From positions 224,001-288,000 of the forward strand of contig CAVYGB010000001.1 in NCBI GenBank assembly GCA_963767925.1: a stretch of DNA of 64,000 nt, written 5' to 3'. The notes beneath the pieces were generated by a model, which was not told the origin of the DNA, searched no databases, and was given only the letters and a program-made list of their open reading frames with translations. Positions within the stretch are counted from its first letter, which is position 1. Each line of letters begins with the position of its first letter. The DNA is from an uncultured delta proteobacterium. Its GTDB lineage: Bacteria; Myxococcota_A; Polyangia; Fen-1088. This document shows positions 31,352 through 40,374 of this stretch, in pieces. The translations under genes were made by a program, and so were the position numbers.

Positions 31352-32098
31352 TCAGCGCGCGCCCGCCCGTCGCGGGGGGGCGATGTCGACGTCGACGCCG
31401 TCGCTGAACAGGTCGGGTGCGCGGGGTCCCAGGGTGTCGATCCCGGCGGCGGCGGTGAGGCTCTCGTGCAGGTGGCCGACGGTCACCTGCCGAAGCGGGT
31501 AGGGCGGGTGGCGGACCTGCCCGCGCAGCAGGCCCAGGAGCGGATGGCGGGCGTAGAGGGTGTAGCGCTCGACCAGGAAGCTGGCGAGCGTGCCGGGGAT
31601 GGCGGGGCCGATTGGATCGCCGACCTGGTAGCGCAGGTCGAGCGCGGCCGTCGCCGAGGCGGGCCCCGTGGGCCAGAGGCGGCGGCTGGTGTAGTGGGTC
31701 TCCCGCCCGTCCTCCTGCCGGGTCAGGCGGGCGCGGAAGTAGGGCAGGCCGAAGGTGGCCCGGGCGCCGAGCACGGCGAGGGTGCTCCCGGCGTCGAGGC
31801 TGAAGAACCAGACGCCCGGCTGTCCGTCGAGGACCACGTACGTGCGCAGGTTGGTCTCCAGGAAGCGGGCCGCGGTGGGGATCGGCGGCAAGGCGCGCAG
31901 CGGGCGGATCTCCGGGATGTCGAAGGGGATCAGCCCCAGGTAGGCCTTCCCCTCGAAGGTGTCGATCGCGAGCGGGGCCGGGACGAGCGGCCGCAGCGTC
32001 TCGATCGCGACCTCCCAGTGCACGAACAGCAGCTTCCGCCAGCGCTGTGACCCCAGGCTCGCGGCGGAGAACCCGGGCCAGGCGCTCGTCACGCGCAC
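31352..32098 (-). CDS. DUF2071 (YqjF) family protein
   Basis: QRWRKLLFVHW, FLETNLRTYV, GVWFFSLDA, FLVERY, HPPYPL. Confidence 0.88.
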   Translation of the reverse strand: MRVTSAWPGFSAASLGSQRWRKLLFVHWEVAIETLRPLVPAPLAIDTFEGKAYLGLIPFDIPEIRPLRALPPIPTAARFLETNLRTYVVLDGQPGVWFFSLDAGSTLAVLGARATFGLPYFRARLTRQEDGRETHYTSRRLWPTGPASATAALDLRYQVGDPIGPAIPGTLASFLVERYTLYARHPLLGLLRGQVRHPPYPLRQVTVGHLHESLTAAAGIDTLGPRAPDLFSDGVDVDIAPPRRAGAR

Positions 32099-32232
32099 CT
32101 CCTGCCGGCGGATCTCGGTGACATGGAAAAGAGGATGGAGCGCGGTGTTGAAAAATCAACCGGGCGGGCTCTTGCAGCGGCCCGGGATCGCGACCGCCAG
32201 GCGGCCCATCTCCTCCTGGCGCCTGTCCCGAT

Positions 32233-32272
32233 ACCATGTCATGACCATCCCTATGGATGGTATAGAGATGGT
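32233..32272. promoter_or_regulatory. Symmetric four-box operator ACCAT-N6-ACCAT-N8-ATGGT-N6-ATGGT
   Basis: Boxes at 32233, 32244, 32257 and 32268, immediately upstream of the CopG/RHH regulator. Confidence 0.7.
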
Positions 32273-32289
32273 GAAGGGAAGGCATCCGG

Positions 32290-32685
32290 ATGGCGGACCT
32301 GGAAAAGACCGAGAAAATCACGATCAACCTGGGGCTCGTCGATCTCGGGCAGATCGACCTGCTGGTGGGGGAGGGCTTTTACGCCAACCGCACCGACTTC
32401 ATCCGCTCGGCGATCCGCAGCCAGCTCGCCACCCGTGCGGCGGCGGTGGACCAGACCGTCGCGCGGCGGACGCTGGTGCTGGGGACGCAGCACTTCACCC
32501 GCGCGCAGCTCGAGGAGGTGCGGCGGGCCAAGCAGACCGTCCAGATTCGCGTGCTCGGGCTGGCCTCCATCGCCGCCGACGTCTCCCCGGAGCTGGCGCG
32601 CCAGACGATCACCTCGGTCGAGGTGCTGGGCGCCTTCCGCGCCAGCGCCGCGGTCAAGGCGGCCCTGGCTTCGCGCATGGTCTGA
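32290..32685 (+). CDS. CopG/ribbon-helix-helix family transcriptional regulator
   Basis: EKITINLGLVDLGQIDLLV…FYANRTDFIRSAIR. Confidence 0.85.
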   Translation: MADLEKTEKITINLGLVDLGQIDLLVGEGFYANRTDFIRSAIRSQLATRAAAVDQTVARRTLVLGTQHFTRAQLEEVRRAKQTVQIRVLGLASIAADVSPELARQTITSVEVLGAFRASAAVKAALASRMV

Positions 32686-32700
32686 ACGAAAGGAGTCACC

Positions 32701-33930
32701 ATGGATGAACCCACATTGGCCCGGATGCTCGAAGCGACCCGCCTGACCAGCCGCGCGCGCTTCGCCGAAGCGATCGCGCTGCTACAGCAGGGACCCGCCG
32801 GTGCGGGGATGCCCGGCATGCCCGGTGGCGGGATGCCCCGGATGCCCGGAATGCCCAGTGGCGGCGGCATGCCCAGCATGCCCGGCGGCGGGATGCCCGG
32901 GATGCCCAGCGGCGGGATGCCCAGCATGCCCGGCGGCGGGATGCCCGGGATGCCCAGCGGCGGGATGCCCAGCATGCCCGGCGGCGGGATGCCCGGGATG
33001 CCCACCATGCCCGGCGGGGGAGTGCCCGGCATGCGCGTGCGGTCCAGGCCGCGTCCCGGTCCCACCGCTCCCGGTCGCTTCCTCGACCTCACGTACGCCA
33101 GCGCGGCGGGCGAGCGTGCGTACAAGCTGTACGTGCCGCGTGAGCACGCCGGCGCGGCCGTCCCCCTGATCGTTCTGCTGCACGGGGGGACCCAGGACGC
33201 CGACGACTTCGCCGCCGGGACCCGGATGAACCACCTGGCCGAGCGCCACGGGTTCCTCGTCGCGTATCCCCAGCAGTCGAGGAACGCCAACCCGATGGGG
33301 TACTGGAACTGGTTCCAGCCCGAGCACCAGCGGCGCGGCAGCGGAGAGGCGTCGCTCATCGCCGGGCTCAGCGAGGAGATCGTGCAGTCGTACGCCCTCG
33401 ACGGCCGCCGCGTGTACGTCGCCGGGTTCTCCGCGGGCGGCGCCATGGCCGCGGTGATGGCGACCACCTACCCCGATGTCTTCGCCGCCTTCGGTGTCCA
33501 CTCCGGCCTGGCCGCCGGCGTCGCCCGCGACATCCCCTCCGCGTACGCCGCGATGGCGCGAGGCGGGCCAGCCCCTCGGACCCCGCCGATCCCGCTGATC
33601 GTCTTTCACGGGGACTGCGATCCGACCGTCGACCACATCAACGCCGACGGCCTCGTCCAGGCCGCCTTGCCGAGCTCGGGAGCCTATCAGCATCCGTTCA
33701 TCACCACCGGAGAGGTGCCCGGCGGCCGCGCCTACACCCGCCGCGACCACTCCGCCCGCGACGGCACGACGCGGGTGGAGCAGTGGACCATCCACGACGC
33801 CGGCCACGCCTGGTCCGGCGGAAGCCCGGACGGCACGTACACCGACCCCCAGGGGCCCGACGCCTCGGCCGAGCTGATCCGCTTCTTCGCCCAGCACGCC
33901 CTCCGCCACACTCGCCACCGCGCCGCCTGA
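32701..33930 (+). CDS. PHB depolymerase family esterase (LpqC-like)
   Basis: LHGGTQ, WNWF, GFSAGG nucleophile elbow, FHGDCD, GHAWSGG. Confidence 0.9.
   Translation: MDEPTLARMLEATRLTSRARFAEAIALLQQGPAGAGMPGMPGGGMPRMPGMPSGGGMPSMPGGGMPGMPSGGMPSMPGGGMPGMPSGGMPSMPGGGMPGMPTMPGGGVPGMRVRSRPRPGPTAPGRFLDLTYASAAGERAYKLYVPREHAGAAVPLIVLLHGGTQDADDFAAGTRMNHLAERHGFLVAYPQQSRNANPMGYWNWFQPEHQRRGSGEASLIAGLSEEIVQSYALDGRRVYVAGFSAGGAMAAVMATTYPDVFAAFGVHSGLAAGVARDIPSAYAAMARGGPAPRTPPIPLIVFHGDCDPTVDHINADGLVQAALPSSGAYQHPFITTGEVPGGRAYTRRDHSARDGTTRVEQWTIHDAGHAWSGGSPDGTYTDPQGPDASAELIRFFAQHALRHTRHRAA
32809..33033 (+). repeat. Intragenic tandem repeat encoding MPG/MPSGG linker
   Basis: A 48-bp unit at 32869-32916 is repeated exactly at 32917-32964, with partial copies around it. 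Confidence 0.85.
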
Positions 33931-34222
33931 TCGGCCCGGCGATAGCGGACTCATGTAACGCCGCCTCCGAATCGAAGCGCTCGACTCGCAGGCACCGGAG
34001 GCGTTCGCCGCTGAGGTGTCGCTCGCGCGGCCGCCTGGCTGCGCCCCGCGGGGGCGACCGTGCACGATGGCTGGAGCAGATCGGAGGATTTCCTGCCGCG
34101 ACCGGTTGGCCTTAACGGACGAGCCGGTATATTTTGCGGGAAATGATGGCGGATGGCTCGGTTAGGCTCTAACCAAGCTCCTACCTGTCACCACCTTGTC
34201 GTTCACCGAAGGAGCCTCATCC

Positions 34223-35938
34223 ATGACCACTGTTTTCACGAGACCATCCGGGCCGGGCGCCGGCTCGAGAGGGGGCCTCGCGGCGCTCCTTCTGTTACCT
34301 CTGCTGGCCCTGCTGGCCTGCGGCTCGGACAAGCCGCCGCCCCCGCCGGTGACCGGGGTCGTCGCCGGGGATGGCGGCGCCGCCAGCCCGTGTGGCGGAC
34401 CGGGACAGCCTTGCTGCCAGGCGAACACCTGTGAAGGCGGCGGCTGCTGCGTGCCGGTCTCGGGGGGCAACGGCATCCGCGTCTGTATCGGGGCCGGCCA
34501 GACCTGCACCGGCGGCGGCTCGACCGGCACCTGCAACAACGGCGCCTGCGCCACGGTGGCGGGCGCCCCCTGCGGGCTGACCGGCCAGGCCTGCTGCGGG
34601 ATCAACGCGACCGGCGGCGGCGGGTTCTGCAGCGGGGACTCGGCCAGATGCACGATGGGCACCTGCCTCGAGTGCGGCGGCCCCGGTCAGCTCTGCTGCC
34701 AGGGCGGTGACGCCTACGCCTGTTCGAGCGGCCTGCAGTGCCTGGACAACGGCATGGCCGGTCCGGACACCTGCGGCCAGTGCGGCGGGCCCGACCAGCG
34801 CTGTTGCTCGGACGACGAGTGCGAGACCGGGCTGAACTGCGCGGGCGGCGGCGCCGGTGTGCCGGAGATGTGCCTCGCCTGCGGCGGCGCCGGGCAGCCT
34901 TGCTGCGACAACGACACCTGCAGCGCGGGGCTCGGCTGCTCCGATCCGCCCAACACCGATGGACCGGGGACCTGCACCGCCTGTGGCGGGAGCGGCGAGG
35001 CCTGCTGTCCAGGCGCCAACTGCCAGTCCGGCTTCGGCTGCACGGGGGTCGTGATGGGCATGGGCGGCACCTGCTCGGCGTGCGGCAAGGCCGACCAGGC
35101 CTGCTGTCCGGGCGGCGGCCCGACCGCCTGCGAGTCCGGCCTCGGCTGCGTCGTGGCCACCGGGGGCAACAAGTGCGGCGCCTGCGGCGGCGCCAACCAG
35201 CCCTGCTGCGGCTCGGGGAACACCGGCAACTGTCCCACCGCTGGGCTGGTCTGCACCGGGCGGGGCATGGGCAATCCCGGCACCTGCAACGCCTGTGGCG
35301 CCGCCGACCAGCTCTGCTGCGCCGGGGACAACCCCTGCCGGATGGGGCTGGGCTGCGTGGCGGGCGCGGCGGGCAACCGCTGCGGCACCTGCGGCGCCAT
35401 GGGCCAGGTCTGCTGCGGGACCGGCGGCGCCGGTACCTGCACCGGCGCTGGGCTGGGCTGCGGCGGGCGGGGCGCGGGCAACCCCGGCACCTGCACGACC
35501 TGCGGGGCCGCCGGCCAGGCCTGCTGCAGCATGGGCGGGTCGTGCCAGGGTCCCCTCGGCTGCGTGCAGAGCCCGACCGGCAACACGTGCGGCACCTGCG
35601 GCGCCCTCGGCCAGGTCTGCTGCGGGTCCGGTGGCACCGGCGACTGCCAGGGCGGCCTCGGCTGCAGCGGTCGCGGGATGGGCAACCCGGGGTCCTGCGC
35701 CGTCTGCGGCGGCCCCGGTCAGCCCTGCTGCGACGACAACACCTGCGCGGCCGGCCACCGCTGCGCCATGAGCATGTGTCGCCCGTGCGGGGCCATGGGT
35801 CAGGTCTGCTGCCCCGGCGGCGGGGTCGTGAGCTGCGCCCCGGGCCTGTCCTGCAGCGGCAACGCCAACAACGTCGCCAACACCTGCGCCCCCCCCGCCC
35901 CGCCCGCCCCGCCCGCCGACGCCGGCGTCAACGGGTGA
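34223..35938 (+). CDS. Cys-rich repeat lipoprotein
   Basis: LLALLAC lipobox; 14 copies of CGxx(G/D/N)(Q/E)xCC; AAGGAG RBS. Confidence 0.85.
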   Translation: MTTVFTRPSGPGAGSRGGLAALLLLPLLALLACGSDKPPPPPVTGVVAGDGGAASPCGGPGQPCCQANTCEGGGCCVPVSGGNGIRVCIGAGQTCTGGGSTGTCNNGACATVAGAPCGLTGQACCGINATGGGGFCSGDSARCTMGTCLECGGPGQLCCQGGDAYACSSGLQCLDNGMAGPDTCGQCGGPDQRCCSDDECETGLNCAGGGAGVPEMCLACGGAGQPCCDNDTCSAGLGCSDPPNTDGPGTCTACGGSGEACCPGANCQSGFGCTGVVMGMGGTCSACGKADQACCPGGGPTACESGLGCVVATGGNKCGACGGANQPCCGSGNTGNCPTAGLVCTGRGMGNPGTCNACGAADQLCCAGDNPCRMGLGCVAGAAGNRCGTCGAMGQVCCGTGGAGTCTGAGLGCGGRGAGNPGTCTTCGAAGQACCSMGGSCQGPLGCVQSPTGNTCGTCGALGQVCCGSGGTGDCQGGLGCSGRGMGNPGSCAVCGGPGQPCCDDNTCAAGHRCAMSMCRPCGAMGQVCCPGGGVVSCAPGLSCSGNANNVANTCAPPAPPAPPADAGVNG

Positions 35939-35972
35939 CCTGGCGCCGATAGCGTTCGGTCAAGTCTGTGAA

Positions 35973-36004
35973 ACCTCTCCCCGCGGCAGACCGCGGGGAG
36001 AGGT
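35973..36004. terminator. Perfect 14-bp hairpin between convergent genes (REP-core related)
   Basis: ACCTCTCCCCGCGG-caga-CCGCGGGGAGAGGT. Confidence 0.6.
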
Positions 36005-36097
36005 CATTTCGCTCCGGCTCGGGGGAGAACCTCTCCGCCGACCCGCCCGGCATTGCGGCCAGCGCTCCGCTGGCGCATCAGCCACCCGCCGCTCCGG

Positions 36098-37027
36098 TCA
36101 GGCCGGGATGGGCCCGAACTTGCCCTCCTCGACGTCGACGAAGGCCTGGCGGATCTCGTCGAAGGTGTTCATCACGAAGGGGCCGTATTGCACGATGGGC
36201 TCGTCGAGCGGCTGGCCGGCCAGCACGATGACGTGGCTGCTCTCGAGCGCGGTCAGCTCCAGGTGCTCGCCGTCGTTGGCGAACAGGATCAGCTCCCCCG
36301 CGCCGGCCTCGACGTCCCCCGCGCGCACCTTTCCCCTGGCGACAACCGCCAGGGCGTTGTGGGTGGCGGGCAGGCTGACCGGCAGGCGCCCGCCGGCCTC
36401 GAGGCGCGCGTCCAGCATGGTGATCGGGGTGAAGGTGTGAGCGGGACCCTGGGCGCCGGCGTGGGCTCCGGCGATGACCCGCACCGATCCGCCCGCTTCG
36501 AGCGGCACGCTGGGGATGTCGGCCGAGGTGATGGGTTGATAGGCGGGCGGCGCGCCCTTGTCCTTGCGGGGCAAGTTCACCCAGAGCTGCATCATGTGCA
36601 TCGGGCCACCGGCGCGGCTGAAGCGCTCCTCGTGGTACTCCTCGTGGAAGATGCCCGCTCCCGCGGTCATCCATTGCACGTCCCCGGGGCCGATGATCCC
36701 GGCGTGGCCGGCGTTGTCCCGGTGGGCGACGGCGCCTTCCCAGGCCAGGGTGACGGTCTCGAAGCCGCGGTGGGGGTGCCAGCCGACGCCGCGCTTGCCC
36801 TGGGGCAGGGGCGCGAAAGGCTTGGGCGGGCCGTAGTCCATCAGCACGAAGGGGCTCACCCGTTCGGCCGGCAGCTTGCCGCTGGGAAAGTAGGTCGACA
36901 CGTGAAAGCCGTTGCCGACCCAGTGGAACGTGGTGCTGTGAAAGACGCCCTCGACGCTGCGGGTGCTGCTGGGCGCAGTCTGGGCGCGGGCTGTCGCGAG
37001 CGGCGGGGCGCTGGCTGAATTCGACAT
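36098..37027 (-). CDS. Pirin family protein
   Basis: WHPHRGFETVT, WMTAGAGIFHEE, QLWVNLP, YGPFVMNT. Confidence 0.93.
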   Translation of the reverse strand: MSNSASAPPLATARAQTAPSSTRSVEGVFHSTTFHWVGNGFHVSTYFPSGKLPAERVSPFVLMDYGPPKPFAPLPQGKRGVGWHPHRGFETVTLAWEGAVAHRDNAGHAGIIGPGDVQWMTAGAGIFHEEYHEERFSRAGGPMHMMQLWVNLPRKDKGAPPAYQPITSADIPSVPLEAGGSVRVIAGAHAGAQGPAHTFTPITMLDARLEAGGRLPVSLPATHNALAVVARGKVRAGDVEAGAGELILFANDGEHLELTALESSHVIVLAGQPLDEPIVQYGPFVMNTFDEIRQAFVDVEEGKFGPIPA

Positions 37028-37085
37028 GCACCTAGTCTAAGCCCCGGGTCGCGGGCGAACAGCCCGGTCGGGGTGATGACTGGTA

Positions 37086-38042
37086 TCACCCGGGGTGATT
37101 GGCGGCCGGGCCCTTGGTGGGCGCCACCGCCTTGCGGCACAGGTCGGTCAGGCGATCCTGGGCCCACCCGGCGACTGGACCCATCACAGCGTTGCGGCGC
37201 CAGACCAGCACCAGGGCGCGCCGGGGGGCCACCGCGCCCCAGGCGTCCAGGGGCAATTCGACGAGGCGCCCGGCGCGCAGGTCCTCGCGCACGAGGTGCT
37301 CGGGCATGTGCCCCCAGCCGAGGCCGCCGGCGATCAGCGCCTGTTTCGTCGCCAGATCCACCACCCGCCAGGTGCGGGTCGACAGCACGCCCTTATCGTC
37401 CTTCTTGCTCTCGGCCTCGTGGCGGTGCTCGCCGAGCACGATCTGCACCGCCTGGTCCAGGGTGGCCGCATCGATCGGGCTGTTCGGATCTTCGGGGTGG
37501 GCCAGGGGATGTTCGCGCGCGGCTACCGGGATGAGACGCACGTCCGCGATCGCCCGGCGGTCGAGATCGCCGAGGTCGGCGTCCTCGATGGCGATGCCCC
37601 AGGCCGCGCGCTTGTCCCGCACGTGCGCCGTCACCGCCGAGAGGATCTCGGTGAACAGCACGAGCTGGACGCCGGGGTGGGCGCGGGCGAAGTCCTGCGC
37701 GAACCCGACCAGCGATGCGGTCGGGAACAGGACGTCCACGACGATCCGCAGCGTCGTCTCCGCGCCCCGCTTGAGGTGGCCCACCAGCTCGTCCAGGGCA
37801 TCGACCTCGGCGCCCACCTTGTCGGCGGCGGAGACGACGGCCTCCCCGTGTGCGGTCAGGACCGGGACCCGCCCGGTGCGGTCGAACAGCCGCAGCTCGA
37901 GCTGCGCCTCCAGCCGATCGATCGACTGGCTGACGGCGGCCTGGACCCGTCCGAGCTGGCGCGCGGCCGCCGAGAAGCTGCCCGCCGCCGCCACCGCGCG
38001 CAAGGTCCGGAGCTGCTCGAACGTCACGCCCTCGATCGACAT
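37086..38042 (-). CDS. LysR family transcriptional regulator
   Basis: GSFSAAARQLGRVQAAVSQSIDRLE…LFDR HTH; GLGWGHMP. Confidence 0.93.
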   Translation of the reverse strand: MSIEGVTFEQLRTLRAVAAAGSFSAAARQLGRVQAAVSQSIDRLEAQLELRLFDRTGRVPVLTAHGEAVVSAADKVGAEVDALDELVGHLKRGAETTLRIVVDVLFPTASLVGFAQDFARAHPGVQLVLFTEILSAVTAHVRDKRAAWGIAIEDADLGDLDRRAIADVRLIPVAAREHPLAHPEDPNSPIDAATLDQAVQIVLGEHRHEAESKKDDKGVLSTRTWRVVDLATKQALIAGGLGWGHMPEHLVREDLRAGRLVELPLDAWGAVAPRRALVLVWRRNAVMGPVAGWAQDRLTDLCRKAVAPTKGPAANHPG

Positions 38043-38149
38043 GACGCGAATCTACGCCGTCCGCTCGGTCCGGTCGACAGAGGGGCTCCGGTAGCCAGAG
38101 GACCGTCATCGCGACGGACGAGCGTGGCCTCGAGCGGCGACCGCAAACC

Positions 38150-38360
38150 TGGGCGGGGCGAACCTGGGCGGCAGCAACCTCGGTGGCTCCAACCCGAGCG
38201 GCAGCAAGTCTGGGGCAAGACCGAGTGCACCAACAGCTCGGGCTGGACCCGCTGCCCGGTCACCTGCGATCCCGCCGCCGGCCTGCAGGTGCGCATCGGG
38301 ATCGGTCTCGGCACCGACAGCGGCGAAGGGCCCATCGACAACTTCAGCCTGGTCCAGTAA
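38150..38360 (+). pseudogene. Probable 3' remnant of a carbohydrate-binding-module-like gene
   Basis: …SSGWTRCPVTCDP…IGIGLGTDSGEGPIDNFSLVQ*, with no plausible start. Confidence 0.3.
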
Positions 38361-38378
38361 GAGGGCCTCGGCGGCCCC

Positions 38379-38576
38379 TCAGCGGCGGCGCCCGGCCCGC
38401 TTGTGGGCCAGGCTCTCGGCGGTCAGGTCGAGGCCCACGCGATCGATCGGGCCCAGCCCTTCCACCCCGGCCGCGCGCGCCTCCCCCTCGGGGTCGGCGA
38501 GGAACCGGGCGCGGGCCGTTGGGTCCACGTAGATCCGGGCGAGCAACGCCTCCAGCCGCTCGGCCGCGTCGCTCAT
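38379..38576 (-). CDS. Small helical protein, putative MNIO partner
   Basis: MSDAAERLEALLARIYVDPTARARFLADP…; ATG overlaps the MNIO stop (ATGA). Confidence 0.75.
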   Translation of the reverse strand: MSDAAERLEALLARIYVDPTARARFLADPEGEARAAGVEGLGPIDRVGLDLTAESLAHKRAGRRR

Positions 38577-39445
38577 GCCGTGCTCCGCAGGGCGGTCAGC
38601 CGGGCGCGGCCGGCGGCCAGGGCGACGCGGGCCTGCTCGAGCTCGGCCAGCAGCGGGTCGACGCCCGCGAAGCCGCCGTCGCGCTCGATGAGCACGGTCA
38701 GCGGACGGGGGGTGAGCGCCCCCACCTCGGACAGCAGGTCTAGGACCGCGGGTGGGACCGGGTGCTTGTGGTCGTCGAGCAGGCGCCGCTCGCCCCGGCT
38801 CGTCGCGACCCAGCGCCCGCCCGCGAGGTGGACGGCGGCGATGCGGTCGGCGGGGAGCGCCGCCAGCAGCGCCCGCGGCTGGTGCCCGAAGTTGAGCGCG
38901 TTGGCGTACAGGTTCTGCAGATCGAGCAGCAGGTCGCAGCCCGTGCCCTCGAGGATGGCGGACACCCAGCTCGGCTCGTCGAGGACGCTGCCGGGCGGGG
39001 CGATCAGGGTGGCCACGTTCTCCAGCAGCGGGCGGGCGCCGATCACGGCGGCGGCGCGGGCGACGTTGCGCACGGTTCCGGCGATGGTGGCCGGCGTGCG
39101 GGGCGGGGCGCACAGGTGGCCGATCTCCATCCCGCCCCCGCGCACGAAGGCCAGGTGCTCGGACCAGAACCGCGGCCGGACCAGGGCGGCGACGCGGGCG
39201 AAGAGCGGCAAGCGCGCCTCGTCCACCGGAGCAGCCGAGGCCAGCCCGAGCGAGACCCCGTGCAAGACCACCGGCACGTTGGCCGCCAGGGTCTCGAGCG
39301 CCCGCCACTCGGCCGGCGGGGCGTGGAAGAAGTCGTCCGCCATGACCTCGACCACGTCGATCCGATCCAGGTTGGCGAGGATCCCGGCGGCCAGCGGCCG
39401 CCGCCAGCCCAGCCCGAAGCAGTCGTCGATCTGGCGGCCCGTCAT
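38573..39445 (-). CDS. DUF692 family multinuclear non-heme iron-dependent oxidase (MNIO)
   Basis: GLGWR, HGVSLGL, WSEHLAF, LLENVA, LLLDLQNLYAN, VHLAGG, DDH, VLIERD; ATG overlaps the upstream stop. Confidence 0.9.
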   Translation of the reverse strand: MTGRQIDDCFGLGWRRPLAAGILANLDRIDVVEVMADDFFHAPPAEWRALETLAANVPVVLHGVSLGLASAAPVDEARLPLFARVAALVRPRFWSEHLAFVRGGGMEIGHLCAPPRTPATIAGTVRNVARAAAVIGARPLLENVATLIAPPGSVLDEPSWVSAILEGTGCDLLLDLQNLYANALNFGHQPRALLAALPADRIAAVHLAGGRWVATSRGERRLLDDHKHPVPPAVLDLLSEVGALTPRPLTVLIERDGGFAGVDPLLAELEQARVALAAGRARLTALRSTA

Positions 39446-40326
39446 CCCCCACACCCGCCGCAGCCCCCGCCACCGCCACAGCCCCCCCCGCCGCCGCAGG
39501 ACGAGCCGGAGGCGCCACAGGAGGCGCCGCCGCCCGAGCGGCTGGCCGCGGCGTGGGCCCTGGGAAACAGGCTGGCGACCCGCCCCTGGTACAGCGCCGG
39601 CGCCGCCGCCAGGCCGAACACGCCCAGCAGCAGGGCCAGCTCGTTGGTGCTTCCGTCGGTCGGGAGGCTCTCGCGCCGGGCGTGCAAGCCCCCGAACAAG
39701 GTGCGCAGGTCGGCCAGCAGGCGGTCGCCGCGGGTCGTGCGCGGGTGGCGGAGGATCCAGGCCAGCAGCAGCAGCGCGATGACCGCGCCGAAGATCAGGA
39801 ACAGGACGTTGTGGCGGCCGCGGCTGAGCGCCACGAACACCTTCACCGAGGCCACCGCCGCCAGGACCGCCGCCGCCAGCAGGCCCAGCCCCCAGCGCGC
39901 GCTGCTCTGTGCCTGATCGGGGATCAGCCCCTGGCGCCGCAGCTCGGCCCGGAGCTCGAGGCTCGCGGCCAGGACCTGCCGGTTCCCGTTCAGGGCGTGC
40001 CCCTTCTGCGGCTGGCGGCAGGCCTCGAGGATCGCCCGCTCGATCGGCCGGCGGACGCGCCTGGCGGCCTGGTCGTCGGCGGCGCGGACCAGGTCCCCCT
40101 CCTGCTTCAACAGACCCCGTTCACACAGGGCCAGCGTCACCAGCCGGATCGCCTCGTTCTCCTGCCCGCGCAGGAAGGCCGCCAGGTAGGGATCCATGTC
40201 GGGCAGACGCGGGACCGGCCCGTCCTCGTTGCGCTGGCGCCGGCGCCTGACGACAACCAGGACCAGCACCGCGAAGGCGGCGTAAAACAGCAGGAACGCC
40301 GGCCCGGGCCAGTCGAACGGATTCAT
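39442..40326 (-). CDS. TIGR04222-type membrane protein with Gly/Ser/Cys-rich C-terminal tail
   Basis: MNPFDWPGPAFLLFY, DPYLAAFLRG, three TM segments, T-x-x-G motif, tail GGGASCGASGSSCGGGGGCGGGGGCGGCGG. Confidence 0.85.
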   Translation of the reverse strand: MNPFDWPGPAFLLFYAAFAVLVLVVVRRRRQRNEDGPVPRLPDMDPYLAAFLRGQENEAIRLVTLALCERGLLKQEGDLVRAADDQAARRVRRPIERAILEACRQPQKGHALNGNRQVLAASLELRAELRRQGLIPDQAQSSARWGLGLLAAAVLAAVASVKVFVALSRGRHNVLFLIFGAVIALLLLAWILRHPRTTRGDRLLADLRTLFGGLHARRESLPTDGSTNELALLLGVFGLAAAPALYQGRVASLFPRAHAAASRSGGGASCGASGSSCGGGGGCGGGGGCGGCGG

Positions 40327-40374
40327 GCCCACCTCATCGTCTCGGTCCGCATCGCGCCCGTAAGCATCGCCCCG

